A program made the translations under genes and the position numbers. 37,598 nucleotides of DNA, from NCBI GenBank assembly GCA_043802485.1, contig JAZDKZ010000002.1:1-37598 (forward strand), written 5' to 3'. Origin of the DNA: Candidatus Aenigmatarchaeota archaeon (GTDB taxonomy: Archaea; Aenigmatarchaeota; Aenigmatarchaeia; Aenigmatarchaeales; Aenigmatarchaeaceae). Positions 8,628 to 18,082 of this stretch are shown piece after piece; positions within the stretch are counted from its first letter, which is position 1; the number at the start of each line of letters is the position of its first letter. Under the pieces are notes generated by a model. That model was given only the letters and a program-made list of their open reading frames with translations, ran no database searches and had not been told where the DNA came from.

Positions 8628-8768
8628 ATGGAAAACTATAGTAATCGTGACGCTGCTACATCAGAACAATACGACAATACATGTATCAATTTAGCTATGG
8701 AGAAGGCCTGTCTTAGAGGAGATGTAATTGCTCTTGTGAACGGTCCTGATTTTGGAAAAAGAAAATAA
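8628..8768 (+). CDS. Small protein, 46 aa (MENYSNRDAATSEQYDNTCINLAMEKACLRGDVIALVNGPDFGKRK), not in ORF track
   Basis: TTTATATA box at ~8597, ATG about 24 nt downstream. Fills the gap up to the convergent thpR stop. Confidence 0.45.
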   Translation: MENYSNRDAATSEQYDNTCINLAMEKACLRGDVIALVNGPDFGKRK

Positions 8769-8770
8769 TT

Positions 8771-9325
8771 TTAAATTTTAACACTAAAAACTTCTTCGTA
8801 AACAGGCCCATTAGGCGACAGCTTTGACTGAAACAATGTTATTTTATCAACCATCATGCTGCCGACTTCTATATTTTCATAATTCCTCAGGAAAATCAGC
8901 AGCTCGTTGCTGTTGCTGCCTGATCTGACACGACCAAGCGTCATATGTGGCACGAATTTCTCTTCCTTTTCTGTTCCAAGGGAAGCCAACAATGCGCTGT
9001 CAAGGGCTTCTCCAAGAACCTTGAACTTGTCATAGCCTTTTCTAACACCTAACCATAGAACTCTTACAAAGCTCCTGCTGGGAAAGGCGCCCATACCATG
9101 AATTTCTATCTCAAAGGGACTGGCCTGACCGCAAACATCCTCAACAGCCCTCTTTAACTGGTCTATCTTGTCGTTTTCAATATCCTTGAAGAACTTTAGG
9201 TTGAAATGCAGGTTATCCTTCTCGACCTGTTTCACATCAAACTGGTCAAGGGCGTCCAATATATGCACTATTCTGGGCTTTAGACTGGGCTGAACAGATA
9301 TTCCAAGAAAGGCTCTCATAATCAT
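8771..9325 (-). CDS. thpR: RNA 2',3'-cyclic phosphodiesterase (2H family, LigT/ThpR)
   Basis: MRAFLGI start, NLHFNLKF and FVPHMTLGR 2H motifs, GAFP..RVLWLG, LFQSKL..GPVY. Confidence 0.9.
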   Translation of the reverse strand: MIMRAFLGISVQPSLKPRIVHILDALDQFDVKQVEKDNLHFNLKFFKDIENDKIDQLKRAVEDVCGQASPFEIEIHGMGAFPSRSFVRVLWLGVRKGYDKFKVLGEALDSALLASLGTEKEEKFVPHMTLGRVRSGSNSNELLIFLRNYENIEVGSMMVDKITLFQSKLSPNGPVYEEVFSVKI

Positions 9326-9373
9326 ATTATAGGTCTGTTTTTATTTTAAATAACTTCATATTTCATTTATTGT

Positions 9374-9916
9374 ATGATTTTAAGGCTTTCTACAGCAGAG
9401 ATAATAGGAATTAAGGAAATAGAAAATATGGTATTGTCAAGAATTAAATTAGATTGTGGAAACCCTTACTTACCGATAGGTTGTTTTTCTAGGGCGCTTT
9501 TCCTGGTTCCAAATGAAATGCCTGCAGTTATCTCCAATTATGTTCTGTCTTCAGAGAATTCAACATGTTATTTCAGTGATTTAAGAAAAGGAAGTAAAAT
9601 TCTTTCCGTAGATGGGTATGGAGAAGCAGCAACATCCACAGTCGAAGAAAATATCATTCTTCGCGGCCCTTCTCTTCTTGTAAAGGCTAGATGTAATGAC
9701 CTACATAACGATGATTATTCACATTTCTACAAGCGTAACGAGATTAATGTCTTTATACAAGACTCTGAAAAGTCCGGTTTGGTGGGTGAGAATGAGAAAT
9801 TGATAGGAGCAAACAGACTAGATGACAGCGACTTGGTCAAAGTCTTCATTGGATTGAAAGAATATGGAACACATTTCGGCTCATGTGTTGAGGATATAAG
9901 ATTAATTGAAAAGTGA
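9374..9916 (+). CDS. Divergent stand-alone C-terminal domain of 3-dehydroquinate synthase II
   Basis: GCFSRALFLV, TCYFSDLRKGSKIL.VD..G, IQDSE and GTHFG..VE..IEK echo the DHQS-II C-terminal half (GSxxxGLFLV, TxYLSELxxG, LQNAE, RHFG..IxEK). Confidence 0.65.
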   Translation: MILRLSTAEIIGIKEIENMVLSRIKLDCGNPYLPIGCFSRALFLVPNEMPAVISNYVLSSENSTCYFSDLRKGSKILSVDGYGEAATSTVEENIILRGPSLLVKARCNDLHNDDYSHFYKRNEINVFIQDSEKSGLVGENEKLIGANRLDDSDLVKVFIGLKEYGTHFGSCVEDIRLIEK

Positions 9917-9965
9917 TTTCATACAACACAAATCATTATAAATAAAAAATGTGTATTTTTGTTAC

Positions 9966-10012
9966 CGGCATGAAATTGTGGTCAAAATTTAGAAATACAC
10001 AACATGTTGTGG
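9966..10012 (+). promoter_or_regulatory. Tandem NrdR boxes
   Basis: ACACAACATGTTGTGG (9997-10012) fits the NrdR-box consensus acaCwAtATaTwGtg. A degenerate copy ending TTGTGG lies 31 bp upstream (9966-9981). Confidence 0.7.
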
Positions 10013-10020
10013 TTTTTCAT

Positions 10021-10455
10021 ATGATTTGCCCTTACTGTAGTTCATCTAAAACAAGGGTTGTTGACAAGAGAGACACTGATGAGAACAAGGCGATAAGGCG
10101 CAGAAGGGAGTGCCTGAAATGCAAGAACCGCTTCTCTACATACGAACGCATAAAGTCGCCCATGATAGTGATAAAAAGAAGCAAGAAAAGGGAGAACTAC
10201 AGCAGGGAAAAGGTCAGGAGCGGCATAATAAAGGCGTTCAGGGACAGGCCTGTCAACGAAAAAAAGATAGAAAAGATGCTCCAGGAAATCGAGGCAGAGA
10301 TAAAGGCTATGAACTGCATGCAGATAAAGAGCCAAGTTATAGGGGACATTGTAACAGAAAAACTGAAGAAGCTGGACAAGGTTGCCTATGTCAGGTTCAT
10401 GTCGCACTTTAAGGATTTCAAGGACGTCAAAACATTCAAAAAAGCATTAAGGTGA
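10021..10455 (+). CDS. nrdR: Transcriptional repressor NrdR
   Basis: MICPYC..TRVVDKR..IRRRRECLKC..RFSTYER zinc ribbon, ATP cone, LDKVAYVRF. Start ATG 10021. Confidence 0.95.
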   Translation: MICPYCSSSKTRVVDKRDTDENKAIRRRRECLKCKNRFSTYERIKSPMIVIKRSKKRENYSREKVRSGIIKAFRDRPVNEKKIEKMLQEIEAEIKAMNCMQIKSQVIGDIVTEKLKKLDKVAYVRFMSHFKDFKDVKTFKKALR

Positions 10456-10459
10456 TTTT

Positions 10460-12535
10460 ATGGTCAAAAAAATAAGAAAAAGAAACGGGATGATTGTCCC
10501 ATTCGAGCAGGAGAAGATAACAGTCGCTATATGGAAGGCTGCTCAGGCTGTTGGTGGAACAGATCAGGAGCTTGCCAGGGAGCTTTCCGACAAAGTAGTT
10601 GCCGTTACAGAGGAAAAGTTTACTGAAAAGTTTCCAACAGTCGAGGACGTCCAGGATATTGTGGAGAAGGTTCTTGTCGAATCCGGGCACTATAGAACAG
10701 CCAAGGCCTACATACTCTACAGGGAAGAGCACAAGAAGCTGAGGGATGTCAAGGGTGTGCTGTTGGATGTTAGCGACGTCATTGACAATTATATTTCCGA
10801 GAACGAGTGGAGGATAAAGGAGAACGCGAACATAGGCTTCTCCTATTCTGGGCTGATGTGGCACGGCATAGGCACTGTCATCGCCTACTATGCCTTGAAC
10901 AACGTTTATCCGAAGGAGATTACAACTGCCCACACAGAAGGGGACTTTCACTTGCACAACCTAAGCATGAGCCTTTGCGGCTACTGCGCTGGTTGGAGCC
11001 TAAGGCAGCTTCTGATGGAGGGCTTCAACGGCGTGCCAGGCAAGGTGGACGCAAGGCCGGCAAAGCATCTCCGCTCCGCAGTTGCCCAGATGGTAAATTT
11101 TACAGGTGTTCTACAGAACGAATGGGCAGGGGCGCAGGCCTTTTCATCTTTCGACACGTATCTTGCACCGTTTGTAAGGTCCGACAACCTGAGTTATGAT
11201 GATGTCAAGCAGTGCATGCAGGAGTACATCTACGGCATGAACATCACCTCAAGATGGGGCGGGCAGACTCCTTTTTCCAACATAACTTTGGATTGGACAG
11301 TACCTGAAGACTTGAGAAACAGTCCTGCGATAATCGGCGGCAAGCCTACCGGCAACACGTATGCTGACTATCAGAAGGAGATGGACACCATCAATAGGGC
11401 GTTCATCGATGTCATGACAGAGGGGGACAAGAGCGGGCAGGTGTTCACCTGGCCGATTCCGACCTATAACATAACAAAGAATCTTGACTGGAACAACGAG
11501 AACATGGATGCTCTGTTCAACATGACTGCAAAGTACGGCCTTCCATATTTCCAGAACTTTATCAAGAGCGATCTTAAGCCTACTGATGTTAGAGCAATGT
11601 GCTGCCGTCTGCAGCTGAATCTCAAAGACCTGAGGCACAAGACTGGAGGTTTGTTTGGTTTTGGCGAATCAACGGGAAGTATAGGCGTTGTGACTATAAA
11701 CATGCCTAGAATCGGCTTTACTTCAAGCGAGGAAGGTCAGTTCTTTGAAAAGCTTGACAGACTGATGTATCTTGCCAAGAATTCCCTGGAACTGAAGAGA
11801 AAGGTAGTCAACAGAATGATGAACATAGGAATGCTCCCATACTCGAAGAGATACATAGGCAACCTGAACCACCATTTCTCAACAATAGGACTGATAGGAA
11901 TGAACGAGGCTTGTGAGAACTTTTTAGGCCAAGGCATTGCCACAGAGGATGGAAGAAATTTTTCATTAAAAGTTCTGGATTTCATGAGGCAGAGGATAAC
12001 AGAATACCAGGAAGAGACGGGACACATTTATAATCTGGAGGCGACTCCCGGCGAGGGGACTTCTTTCAGGCTGGCAAAAATAGACAAGAAGAAGACGCCA
12101 AAAATAATAACCTACGGAAAGGACGTTCCATACTATACCAACTCCACACAGCTGCCAGTCGACCACACATCAGACGTTTTCGCTGCACTAAATCACCAGG
12201 AAGCCTTGCAGAGAAAATACACTGGCGGCACAGTGTTCCACACGTTCCTGGGAGAGTCTCCTAACGGAGGCGAGGAAGTCAAACAGCTTGTGAAGAAGAT
12301 TGCTTCAGGTTTTGCAGTTCCCTACTTTACAATAACCCCGACATTCTCTGTCTGCAGCAAACACGGTTACATCAGAGGTGAACATTTCAAATGCCCGACA
12401 TGCCAGGCAAAGACGCAGGTTTATTCGAGAGTTGTCGGCTATATTAGACCTGTGAACACATGGAACATGGGCAAGAGAGAAGAGTTCAGACAAAGAATGG
12501 AATACAAGATTCCTATCGCCAGTAGAGTAGCATGA
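10460..12535 (+). CDS. nrdD: Anaerobic (class III) ribonucleoside-triphosphate reductase with ATP cone
   Basis: ATP cone (IRKRNG..VEDVQDIVE), GYCAGW, AMCCRL, EATPGEG, YYTNST, C..H..CPTC and the YSRVVGY glycyl-radical loop. Confidence 0.97.
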   Translation: MVKKIRKRNGMIVPFEQEKITVAIWKAAQAVGGTDQELARELSDKVVAVTEEKFTEKFPTVEDVQDIVEKVLVESGHYRTAKAYILYREEHKKLRDVKGVLLDVSDVIDNYISENEWRIKENANIGFSYSGLMWHGIGTVIAYYALNNVYPKEITTAHTEGDFHLHNLSMSLCGYCAGWSLRQLLMEGFNGVPGKVDARPAKHLRSAVAQMVNFTGVLQNEWAGAQAFSSFDTYLAPFVRSDNLSYDDVKQCMQEYIYGMNITSRWGGQTPFSNITLDWTVPEDLRNSPAIIGGKPTGNTYADYQKEMDTINRAFIDVMTEGDKSGQVFTWPIPTYNITKNLDWNNENMDALFNMTAKYGLPYFQNFIKSDLKPTDVRAMCCRLQLNLKDLRHKTGGLFGFGESTGSIGVVTINMPRIGFTSSEEGQFFEKLDRLMYLAKNSLELKRKVVNRMMNIGMLPYSKRYIGNLNHHFSTIGLIGMNEACENFLGQGIATEDGRNFSLKVLDFMRQRITEYQEETGHIYNLEATPGEGTSFRLAKIDKKKTPKIITYGKDVPYYTNSTQLPVDHTSDVFAALNHQEALQRKYTGGTVFHTFLGESPNGGEEVKQLVKKIASGFAVPYFTITPTFSVCSKHGYIRGEHFKCPTCQAKTQVYSRVVGYIRPVNTWNMGKREEFRQRMEYKIPIASRVA

Positions 12536-13230
12536 TCATCAAAGGTTTGGAAAGACAGACTGTTCTGGACTATCCAGGAAAGCTAGCATGCACTGTTTTT
12601 TTATTTGGCTGCAACTTTCGCTGCAGCTTTTGCCATAATCCTGAGCTTATAGTTGATGACGGAAGGGCAGAAATAAAGCTGGAAGACGTTCTAGAATTTC
12701 TAAAAGAAAGGAAGGGGTTCATTGACGGCGTCTGCATAACAGGTGGTGAGCCTACCCTGAACAAGGATTTGCCTGATTTCATTTCAAAAATAAAGGCAAT
12801 GGGTTTCTCCGTCAAGTTGGATACGAACGGCTCCAATCCTTCTATGTTAGAAGAGTTGATATCTAAAAACTTGATTGATTATATTGCCATGGACATAAAG
12901 GCGCCTCTAGAAAAGTATGATGATGTGGCCAAAGTTTCTGTGAACAAAAAAAACATTCAGAAAAGCGTCGATATTGTCAAGGGTTTATCAGACTATGAGT
13001 TCAGAACGACAGTTGTACCTGGCATGTTTGATGAAAGTGATGCCAAAAATATAGGTGAATGGTTGAAAGGGTCAAAAAGATTCTACATCCAACAGTTCAG
13101 GGGAATAAAAACATTGGATAAATCATTGGTAGGAAAAAAGTCCTTTTCAAAAAATGAAATAGAGAATTTCCATAATATTATAAAGCCTTTTTTCGGGAGA
13201 TGTGAAATAAGAGGTCTAGACTCTGATTAA
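12532..13230 (+). CDS. nrdG: Class III RNR activating enzyme (radical SAM)
   Basis: LDYPG, GCNFRCSFCHN (CxxxCxxC), ITGGEP, KLDTNGS. Overlaps the nrdD stop. Confidence 0.93.
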   Translation: MIIKGLERQTVLDYPGKLACTVFLFGCNFRCSFCHNPELIVDDGRAEIKLEDVLEFLKERKGFIDGVCITGGEPTLNKDLPDFISKIKAMGFSVKLDTNGSNPSMLEELISKNLIDYIAMDIKAPLEKYDDVAKVSVNKKNIQKSVDIVKGLSDYEFRTTVVPGMFDESDAKNIGEWLKGSKRFYIQQFRGIKTLDKSLVGKKSFSKNEIENFHNIIKPFFGRCEIRGLDSD

Positions 13231-13944
13231 TTTGGAATGTGTTAGAGCTTTCAGTCCTTTTTCTGTCATGATAAAATCATTCTCCAGCCTACAGCCATAC
13301 TTGCCTCTGACATAGATGCCTGGCTCTATCGTGAATACCATATTCTTCTGGAACTTCATTTTCTTTATCCTTTCCCATCTTCTCCGTGCTTTCGGCTTTA
13401 ACTTCTTCACGTTCTTAGGAATTACGATAACAGGATCCTCATGAATTTTCTTGCCAAAGCCGTGGCCGAGTCCGTGCATCATCCTGAATTTGTTCTTCTT
13501 GAAATACTCGTTAACCTTCTTGAAAGGCTTCCAACAAGACTCGTTCAATTTTATGGCAGCTATCCCGACCTTGTATGCTGCAATAGTGCCATATACTACA
13601 CTCATCTCTTTTTTTCCTACATTGCCTTTGATGAACGGAACTGTTATGTCAGTCTTGTATCCTTTGTAAGAAGCACCAAAATCAACATATCCTATACCAG
13701 ATATTAGCTTGTTCGTGGCATGAGGCTTTGGATGAATCATAGCAGACCTCTTGCCACAGGCCACTAGTGTACGGAAAGACAAACTGGCTCCCTGCTTTCG
13801 TATGTTCCTTCCGATTCTTCTTCTTAGTTCTATCTCAGTTATGTCTTTCTTCAAAGAATCCTTTATTACCTTGATACAAGAGTCTGTTATCTTTGCAGAC
13901 TTTTTCAGAAGCTTTATTTCCAAAGAAGTTTTAATCATTCCCAT
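13216..13944 (-). CDS. M24-family metallopeptidase (Xaa-Pro peptidase-like, catalytic domain only)
   Basis: Metal ligands in VDFG, KTDIT, HGLGHG..IHE, TIEPG, RLEND. Confidence 0.9.
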   Translation of the reverse strand: MGMIKTSLEIKLLKKSAKITDSCIKVIKDSLKKDITEIELRRRIGRNIRKQGASLSFRTLVACGKRSAMIHPKPHATNKLISGIGYVDFGASYKGYKTDITVPFIKGNVGKKEMSVVYGTIAAYKVGIAAIKLNESCWKPFKKVNEYFKKNKFRMMHGLGHGFGKKIHEDPVIVIPKNVKKLKPKARRRWERIKKMKFQKNMVFTIEPGIYVRGKYGCRLENDFIMTEKGLKALTHSKLIRV

Positions 13945-13952
13945 CTAAAAAC

Positions 13953-15056
13953 CTAGACAAATTTGCCGTTCTTCATGACAAGTTTGCCGTCAGCAAACAT
14001 CTTGCCGTTCTTCATATCCTTGAAGAAATCCCAATGTATTGTGGAGTCGTTCTTACCACCATAACCCTTGTTCCAACCAATTGCCATATGTATTGTGCCC
14101 GCTATCTTCTCGTCAACTATTGTCATGCCTCCAGTTGGTTTTGCGTGTGGATTGGTTCCTATACCCAATTCGGCTATTCTATACTTTTCACCAGTCGCAT
14201 GCTTCATTACATCCTCAAAGTTTTTTAGTCCCTTCTCTATTTTGTAATCGACTACCTTGCCGTTCTTGAACTTGAACCAGACGCCTTCTACCCTTTTCCC
14301 AAAATGCCACAAACAAGGCAAATCAAAATATATTTCTCCGTTGGCAGATGTTTCGACTGGAGCATAGAAGACTTCGCCTGACGGCAGGTTCAAATACCCA
14401 ATCTTGTCCTTTGTCCAGAGACCACAATCGTTCATTGGCTCTCTATCTTTCACAGACAGCTCGATGTCAGTACCTTTTCCGGTGATATGAATTTTATCTG
14501 CGTTCTTTAGAATTCTTATTATCCTTTCGTTTATAGCAGAAAGTTTGTATGGGTCCATAGCTAGGGTTTTCCAGAAGATATCATCAAGTCTTTTGAAAGA
14601 CGTTCCGATAAATTTAGCTGTCTCTTTCGTAGGATAACCCAGCAAGACGGATTTTATTGTCTTGTTGGCAACTCTCTTGTCTCTTATGTCTCTAATGGGT
14701 TTGAACGCCTTCTGCCTAATTTGTATCTTCTTTTGTGGCAGTTTGTTTTCAATAAAAGGATCAGAATCGTCAAGGTATATCTGCACGTCAATGTTCTTTG
14801 CCAAGAACCTGGATAGCTTGGGTATTCTCGTCAGATATTTCATTTTAGTGTCATTGTATATTTTCAAAGAAAGCTCATCACTTCCATAGTTTATGGTTGG
14901 GTTGGCGCCTATGATTGCAGCCTCATACGCCAGCATTTCTGCGAATTTTAAAGATTTTGAACCAGCAGAAATAAAGACAGACTCTTTTTCCTTGACAAAC
15001 ATGCTTTTCCTGATGATGTTTCTCGCTATCTTCTGCATCTGAGCCTGTGAAATCAT
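13953..15056 (-). CDS. M29-family aminopeptidase
   Basis: NLPSGEVF, AELGIGTN, DEKIAGTIHMAIG, STIHWD. Confidence 0.92.
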   Translation of the reverse strand: MISQAQMQKIARNIIRKSMFVKEKESVFISAGSKSLKFAEMLAYEAAIIGANPTINYGSDELSLKIYNDTKMKYLTRIPKLSRFLAKNIDVQIYLDDSDPFIENKLPQKKIQIRQKAFKPIRDIRDKRVANKTIKSVLLGYPTKETAKFIGTSFKRLDDIFWKTLAMDPYKLSAINERIIRILKNADKIHITGKGTDIELSVKDREPMNDCGLWTKDKIGYLNLPSGEVFYAPVETSANGEIYFDLPCLWHFGKRVEGVWFKFKNGKVVDYKIEKGLKNFEDVMKHATGEKYRIAELGIGTNPHAKPTGGMTIVDEKIAGTIHMAIGWNKGYGGKNDSTIHWDFFKDMKNGKMFADGKLVMKNGKFV

Positions 15057-15110
15057 ATTATCTATATGTAAAGACCAAATAAAATGTTTTTGCTTTAAGA
15101 AAAATTAAAG

Positions 15111-15139
15111 AGGAGACAAAAAACAAAGTCTCCTTTTTT
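15111..15139. terminator. Stem-loop with T tracts downstream of dnaG
   Basis: AGGAGAC (15111-15117) and GTCTCCT (15128-15134) inverted repeat flanked by A/T runs. Confidence 0.4.
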
Positions 15140-15143
15140 AAAA

Positions 15144-16328
15144 TCATTTCAAATCTTCAATCGTTATTATGGTGACGCCCTCATTGTACCTGATCTTGCC
15201 GGTCTTCATGCCGACAATGTACTTTACGCCGTTGCTGGCGCACTGGTTTATCAGCTTCTGGTCAATGTCGCCGTCAAAAACCAGAGCGTCTGCGTCAAGG
15301 CCACGCATCGCGGAGAACATCTCCTTCACAGGAACCCTTCCCAGGATTTCCATTTTCGAGTTCAGAAAGCATGCTGCTCTTGTGCCGACCAGATCGCTTA
15401 TGGTGGACTTGAACATGTCAAACTTTTCCTTTTCTAGTTTCAAGGGCTGCTTTTTTGGCGCCTCTATCCTTTCATTTGAACTGGAACGCCTTTTGGGTTC
15501 TTTGACATCGGTTTTTCCCAGCTTGTCTATTGGCACCTTGCTTCTCAAAGATTTGTATATAAGCTTCTTGCTGAGTTCTTCTACCTCTTTTCCCCTTGGA
15601 GCCCTTGCCACAAAATCAACATCGCAAACAGACATCAACTCTTTCAAAATAAGGTCCCCACCTCTATCACCGTCCAAGAAAGCCGTAACGTTCTTGTCCT
15701 TTGAAAGCTCTACTATGGCAGGCGGAACAGACGTTCCCTCGATAGCGATGACGTTTCTTATACCGCTTCTTAGAAGGGTTACAACATCCGCCCTGCCCTC
15801 GACAACTATGATGGAATCATAGCTCTCAATGTCAGGACCGGCTGTCAGACCCTGGTATGTCTCTATCTCGCCGCCACGTATGGCTTCCTTTATCTGCTCT
15901 GTGATAGTTTCTGTGTCCGGGGCTCCTTCGTCAAACATTCTTTCCAAGAGTTCCTTTCCCCTGTCTATGACGTATTTTCTTTTGGTTATTCTGACGTCGT
16001 CTATCTTCTCTATGACTAGCTTTGCGTTGCAAGGACCCACCCTCTCTATGGTCTCAACCGAGGCTGCTATCAGGGCAGTCTCAGAGCTGTCCAAGGATGA
16101 TGGTACCATGATAAGACCCGAAGTCTTGCCGTTGACTGTCTTCAGGTCGACATCTATCCTTCCTATCCTGCCTGTCTTCTGCAGTTCCCTAAGATCCATG
16201 TCTGGCCCTAACAGACCCTCTGTCTGGCCAAAAACAGCACCGATAACGTCCGGCTTTTCAACCGTGCCTTCAGCATCAAATCTAGCATATATGACGTACT
16301 TTGAAGTTGATTGAGCTAATTTACTCAT
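15144..16328 (-). CDS. dnaG: Archaeal DnaG (primase-like, exosome-associated)
   Basis: GTVEKPDVIGAVFGQTEGLLG..DLRELQKTGRIGRI, Toprim VVEGRADV, FLDGDRGG, GKEVEEL. Confidence 0.96.
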   Translation of the reverse strand: MSKLAQSTSKYVIYARFDAEGTVEKPDVIGAVFGQTEGLLGPDMDLRELQKTGRIGRIDVDLKTVNGKTSGLIMVPSSLDSSETALIAASVETIERVGPCNAKLVIEKIDDVRITKRKYVIDRGKELLERMFDEGAPDTETITEQIKEAIRGGEIETYQGLTAGPDIESYDSIIVVEGRADVVTLLRSGIRNVIAIEGTSVPPAIVELSKDKNVTAFLDGDRGGDLILKELMSVCDVDFVARAPRGKEVEELSKKLIYKSLRSKVPIDKLGKTDVKEPKRRSSSNERIEAPKKQPLKLEKEKFDMFKSTISDLVGTRAACFLNSKMEILGRVPVKEMFSAMRGLDADALVFDGDIDQKLINQCASNGVKYIVGMKTGKIRYNEGVTIITIEDLK

Positions 16329-16674
16329 TTATAACACCTCTTAATTCCTCTATTTTTCGTATTTTCAGTTGGGTAAACAGAAAACCAATCTTGCTTCTGG
16401 TATTCTTTTCTACCTTGTATCCAAGAGGTGGAAGAATTAGGTTGAACTTTTTTGCTATTTCTCTGCCTTCGTTGTCGTAATCTGTCAGTATAATTACTGT
16501 CTTTTCATTGAGTTTTTCTGTTGTCTCGTAAATTCCTTCATTGAGTTCGACTATATTCCTGAAACCTAATAAACATAAAGCAAGTCTGTCCCTTTTTCCT
16601 TCAACTATAACCTGCTTTTCCTTGATTTCTTGAAGTAATTTGAATAATTCTTCCTTGACCTCTTGTCTAAGCAT
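16321..16674 (-). CDS. Small Toprim-domain protein
   Basis: VIVEGKRD and ILTDYDNEG Toprim motifs. Overlaps the dnaG start. Confidence 0.9.
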   Translation of the reverse strand: MLRQEVKEELFKLLQEIKEKQVIVEGKRDRLALCLLGFRNIVELNEGIYETTEKLNEKTVIILTDYDNEGREIAKKFNLILPPLGYKVEKNTRSKIGFLFTQLKIRKIEELRGVINE

Positions 16675-16715
16675 ATTAAATCCTAAAAGTATTTAAAATT
16701 AATCAAAGTGCCCTT

Positions 16716-17267
16716 TCAGACGTTCTCTTTGCATGATTCACAGACCCAGCTGTCATTGACCTTGAGCAGCTCGTCAGACTGGTTGCCGCACGACTCACAG
16801 ATGCCTTCAGTGCTTTCGTCCTCATTTTCCTCTTCAACATTCTCTGGTTCATCTATCCTTATATGCTCTGTCATGATTTCCAAGGCTGCTGGAGCCACTT
16901 TGGCTATTTCTCTTGTAGAAATAATGCCTACCAGCTTCCCTAATGAAACAACAGGGAGCCTTTCATACCGGTGCTTTGACATTATGGTTGCTGCTTCAGA
17001 TATGTCGCAGTCAGGTGTGCAGACAACAAGCTTTTTTGACATAATGTCGCCCAAAAGCACTTCGGACGGCGACTTGCTGACAGCAACAACCTTGTTTATG
17101 ATGTCTTCTCTTGTGGCAATGCCTATCGGCTTGTCCTGTTCGCATATTATGATGCTGCCAACATCTTCTTTCTTCATGGTCTTGGCGCCTTCAAGCACTG
17201 TATGGTCAGCTGTCCCTGTGACAGCGCCCTTTATCATGGCGTCGCTTACTTTGATGCCTGTTGTCAT
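16716..17267 (-). CDS. CBS-pair protein with C-terminal Zn ribbon
   Basis: Two CBS repeats (KVSDAM..VGSII..GIATREDI; DIMS..RLPVV..VGIIS) and a GICESCG..VCESC tail. Confidence 0.9.
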   Translation of the reverse strand: MTTGIKVSDAMIKGAVTGTADHTVLEGAKTMKKEDVGSIIICEQDKPIGIATREDIINKVVAVSKSPSEVLLGDIMSKKLVVCTPDCDISEAATIMSKHRYERLPVVSLGKLVGIISTREIAKVAPAALEIMTEHIRIDEPENVEEENEDESTEGICESCGNQSDELLKVNDSWVCESCKENV

Positions 17268-17365
17268 ATTCTAGTTTAACTCTCCAAAACATTTAAAATC
17301 ATATGTATTAGAAAAGTGGTTGTCAACACATTAGTTTTAAAAAGATTATACGACAGATTATTAAT

Positions 17366-18082
17366 ATGGATACACAATCTCTGGCAAAAGAGAATCTAGC
17401 CAAGAGAATAGCTGGAGAGATAGTGTTGAGTTCTGAAGCTGGGAAAATAATACAAAAATGGAGAAATGTGTTCAAGATTCCTCAAAGAAGGCTTGCGGAC
17501 GAGATGAAGATAATGCCTTCTGTGATTTCTGATTATGAAAACGGTAGGAGAAAGTCCCCTGGCATAAAGATGGTCAAGAAGATGGTAGAAGCCATGATTA
17601 CTATAGATGAGAGGCTTGGTGGTAAGATAATTCATGAGTTTTCTGACTTACCGACCCAGACAGCGCTCTCAGAAGCTGTTCTAGACATGAAGGAGTTTGA
17701 TGCTCCAATATCCATTAAAAGGTTCTGTGAATCTATAGGCGCCAATCTTGTAATTAGGGAAGATTTGGGTGACAAGATGGTTTATGGTTATACTGTTATT
17801 GATGCTTTAAAGGCAATAGTTGACCTTGCACCTATAGATATGGTAAAATTGTATGGATTGACAAGTGAAAGGGTCCTGATATTCATAGGAGCTAACACAG
17901 GCAGAAGCTCGATGGTTGCCCTTAAAGTGACCAATTTGCGGCCAGGGTTTGTGGTCTTCCATGGATCAGAAAAGATTGACGACCTGGCTAAGAGGCTTGG
18001 AGAGCTTGAGTCAATACCACTTGGGACTGTTTCTAAAAAAGACACAAAAGATTTTCTTAAAAAATTAAAGGCTTCTTTCTAG
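17366..18082 (+). CDS. XRE-type HTH transcriptional regulator (conserved archaeal family)
   Basis: IAGEIVLS..KWRNVFKIPQRRLA..PSVISDYENGRRKSPG..YGYTVIDA..LYGLTSERVLIF..TGRSSMVA. Confidence 0.85.
   Translation: MDTQSLAKENLAKRIAGEIVLSSEAGKIIQKWRNVFKIPQRRLADEMKIMPSVISDYENGRRKSPGIKMVKKMVEAMITIDERLGGKIIHEFSDLPTQTALSEAVLDMKEFDAPISIKRFCESIGANLVIREDLGDKMVYGYTVIDALKAIVDLAPIDMVKLYGLTSERVLIFIGANTGRSSMVALKVTNLRPGFVVFHGSEKIDDLAKRLGELESIPLGTVSKKDTKDFLKKLKASF

Noticed and set aside
9949..10020. N-terminal extension of NrdR
   Set aside because: NrdR begins at MxCPxC (10021); the extension covers the operator boxes.
15169..16314. Long antisense ORFs (also 26194-26814, 16708-17274, 31610-32128 and others)
   Set aside because: Shadow frames opposite well-supported genes, Ser/Phe-rich and without motifs.
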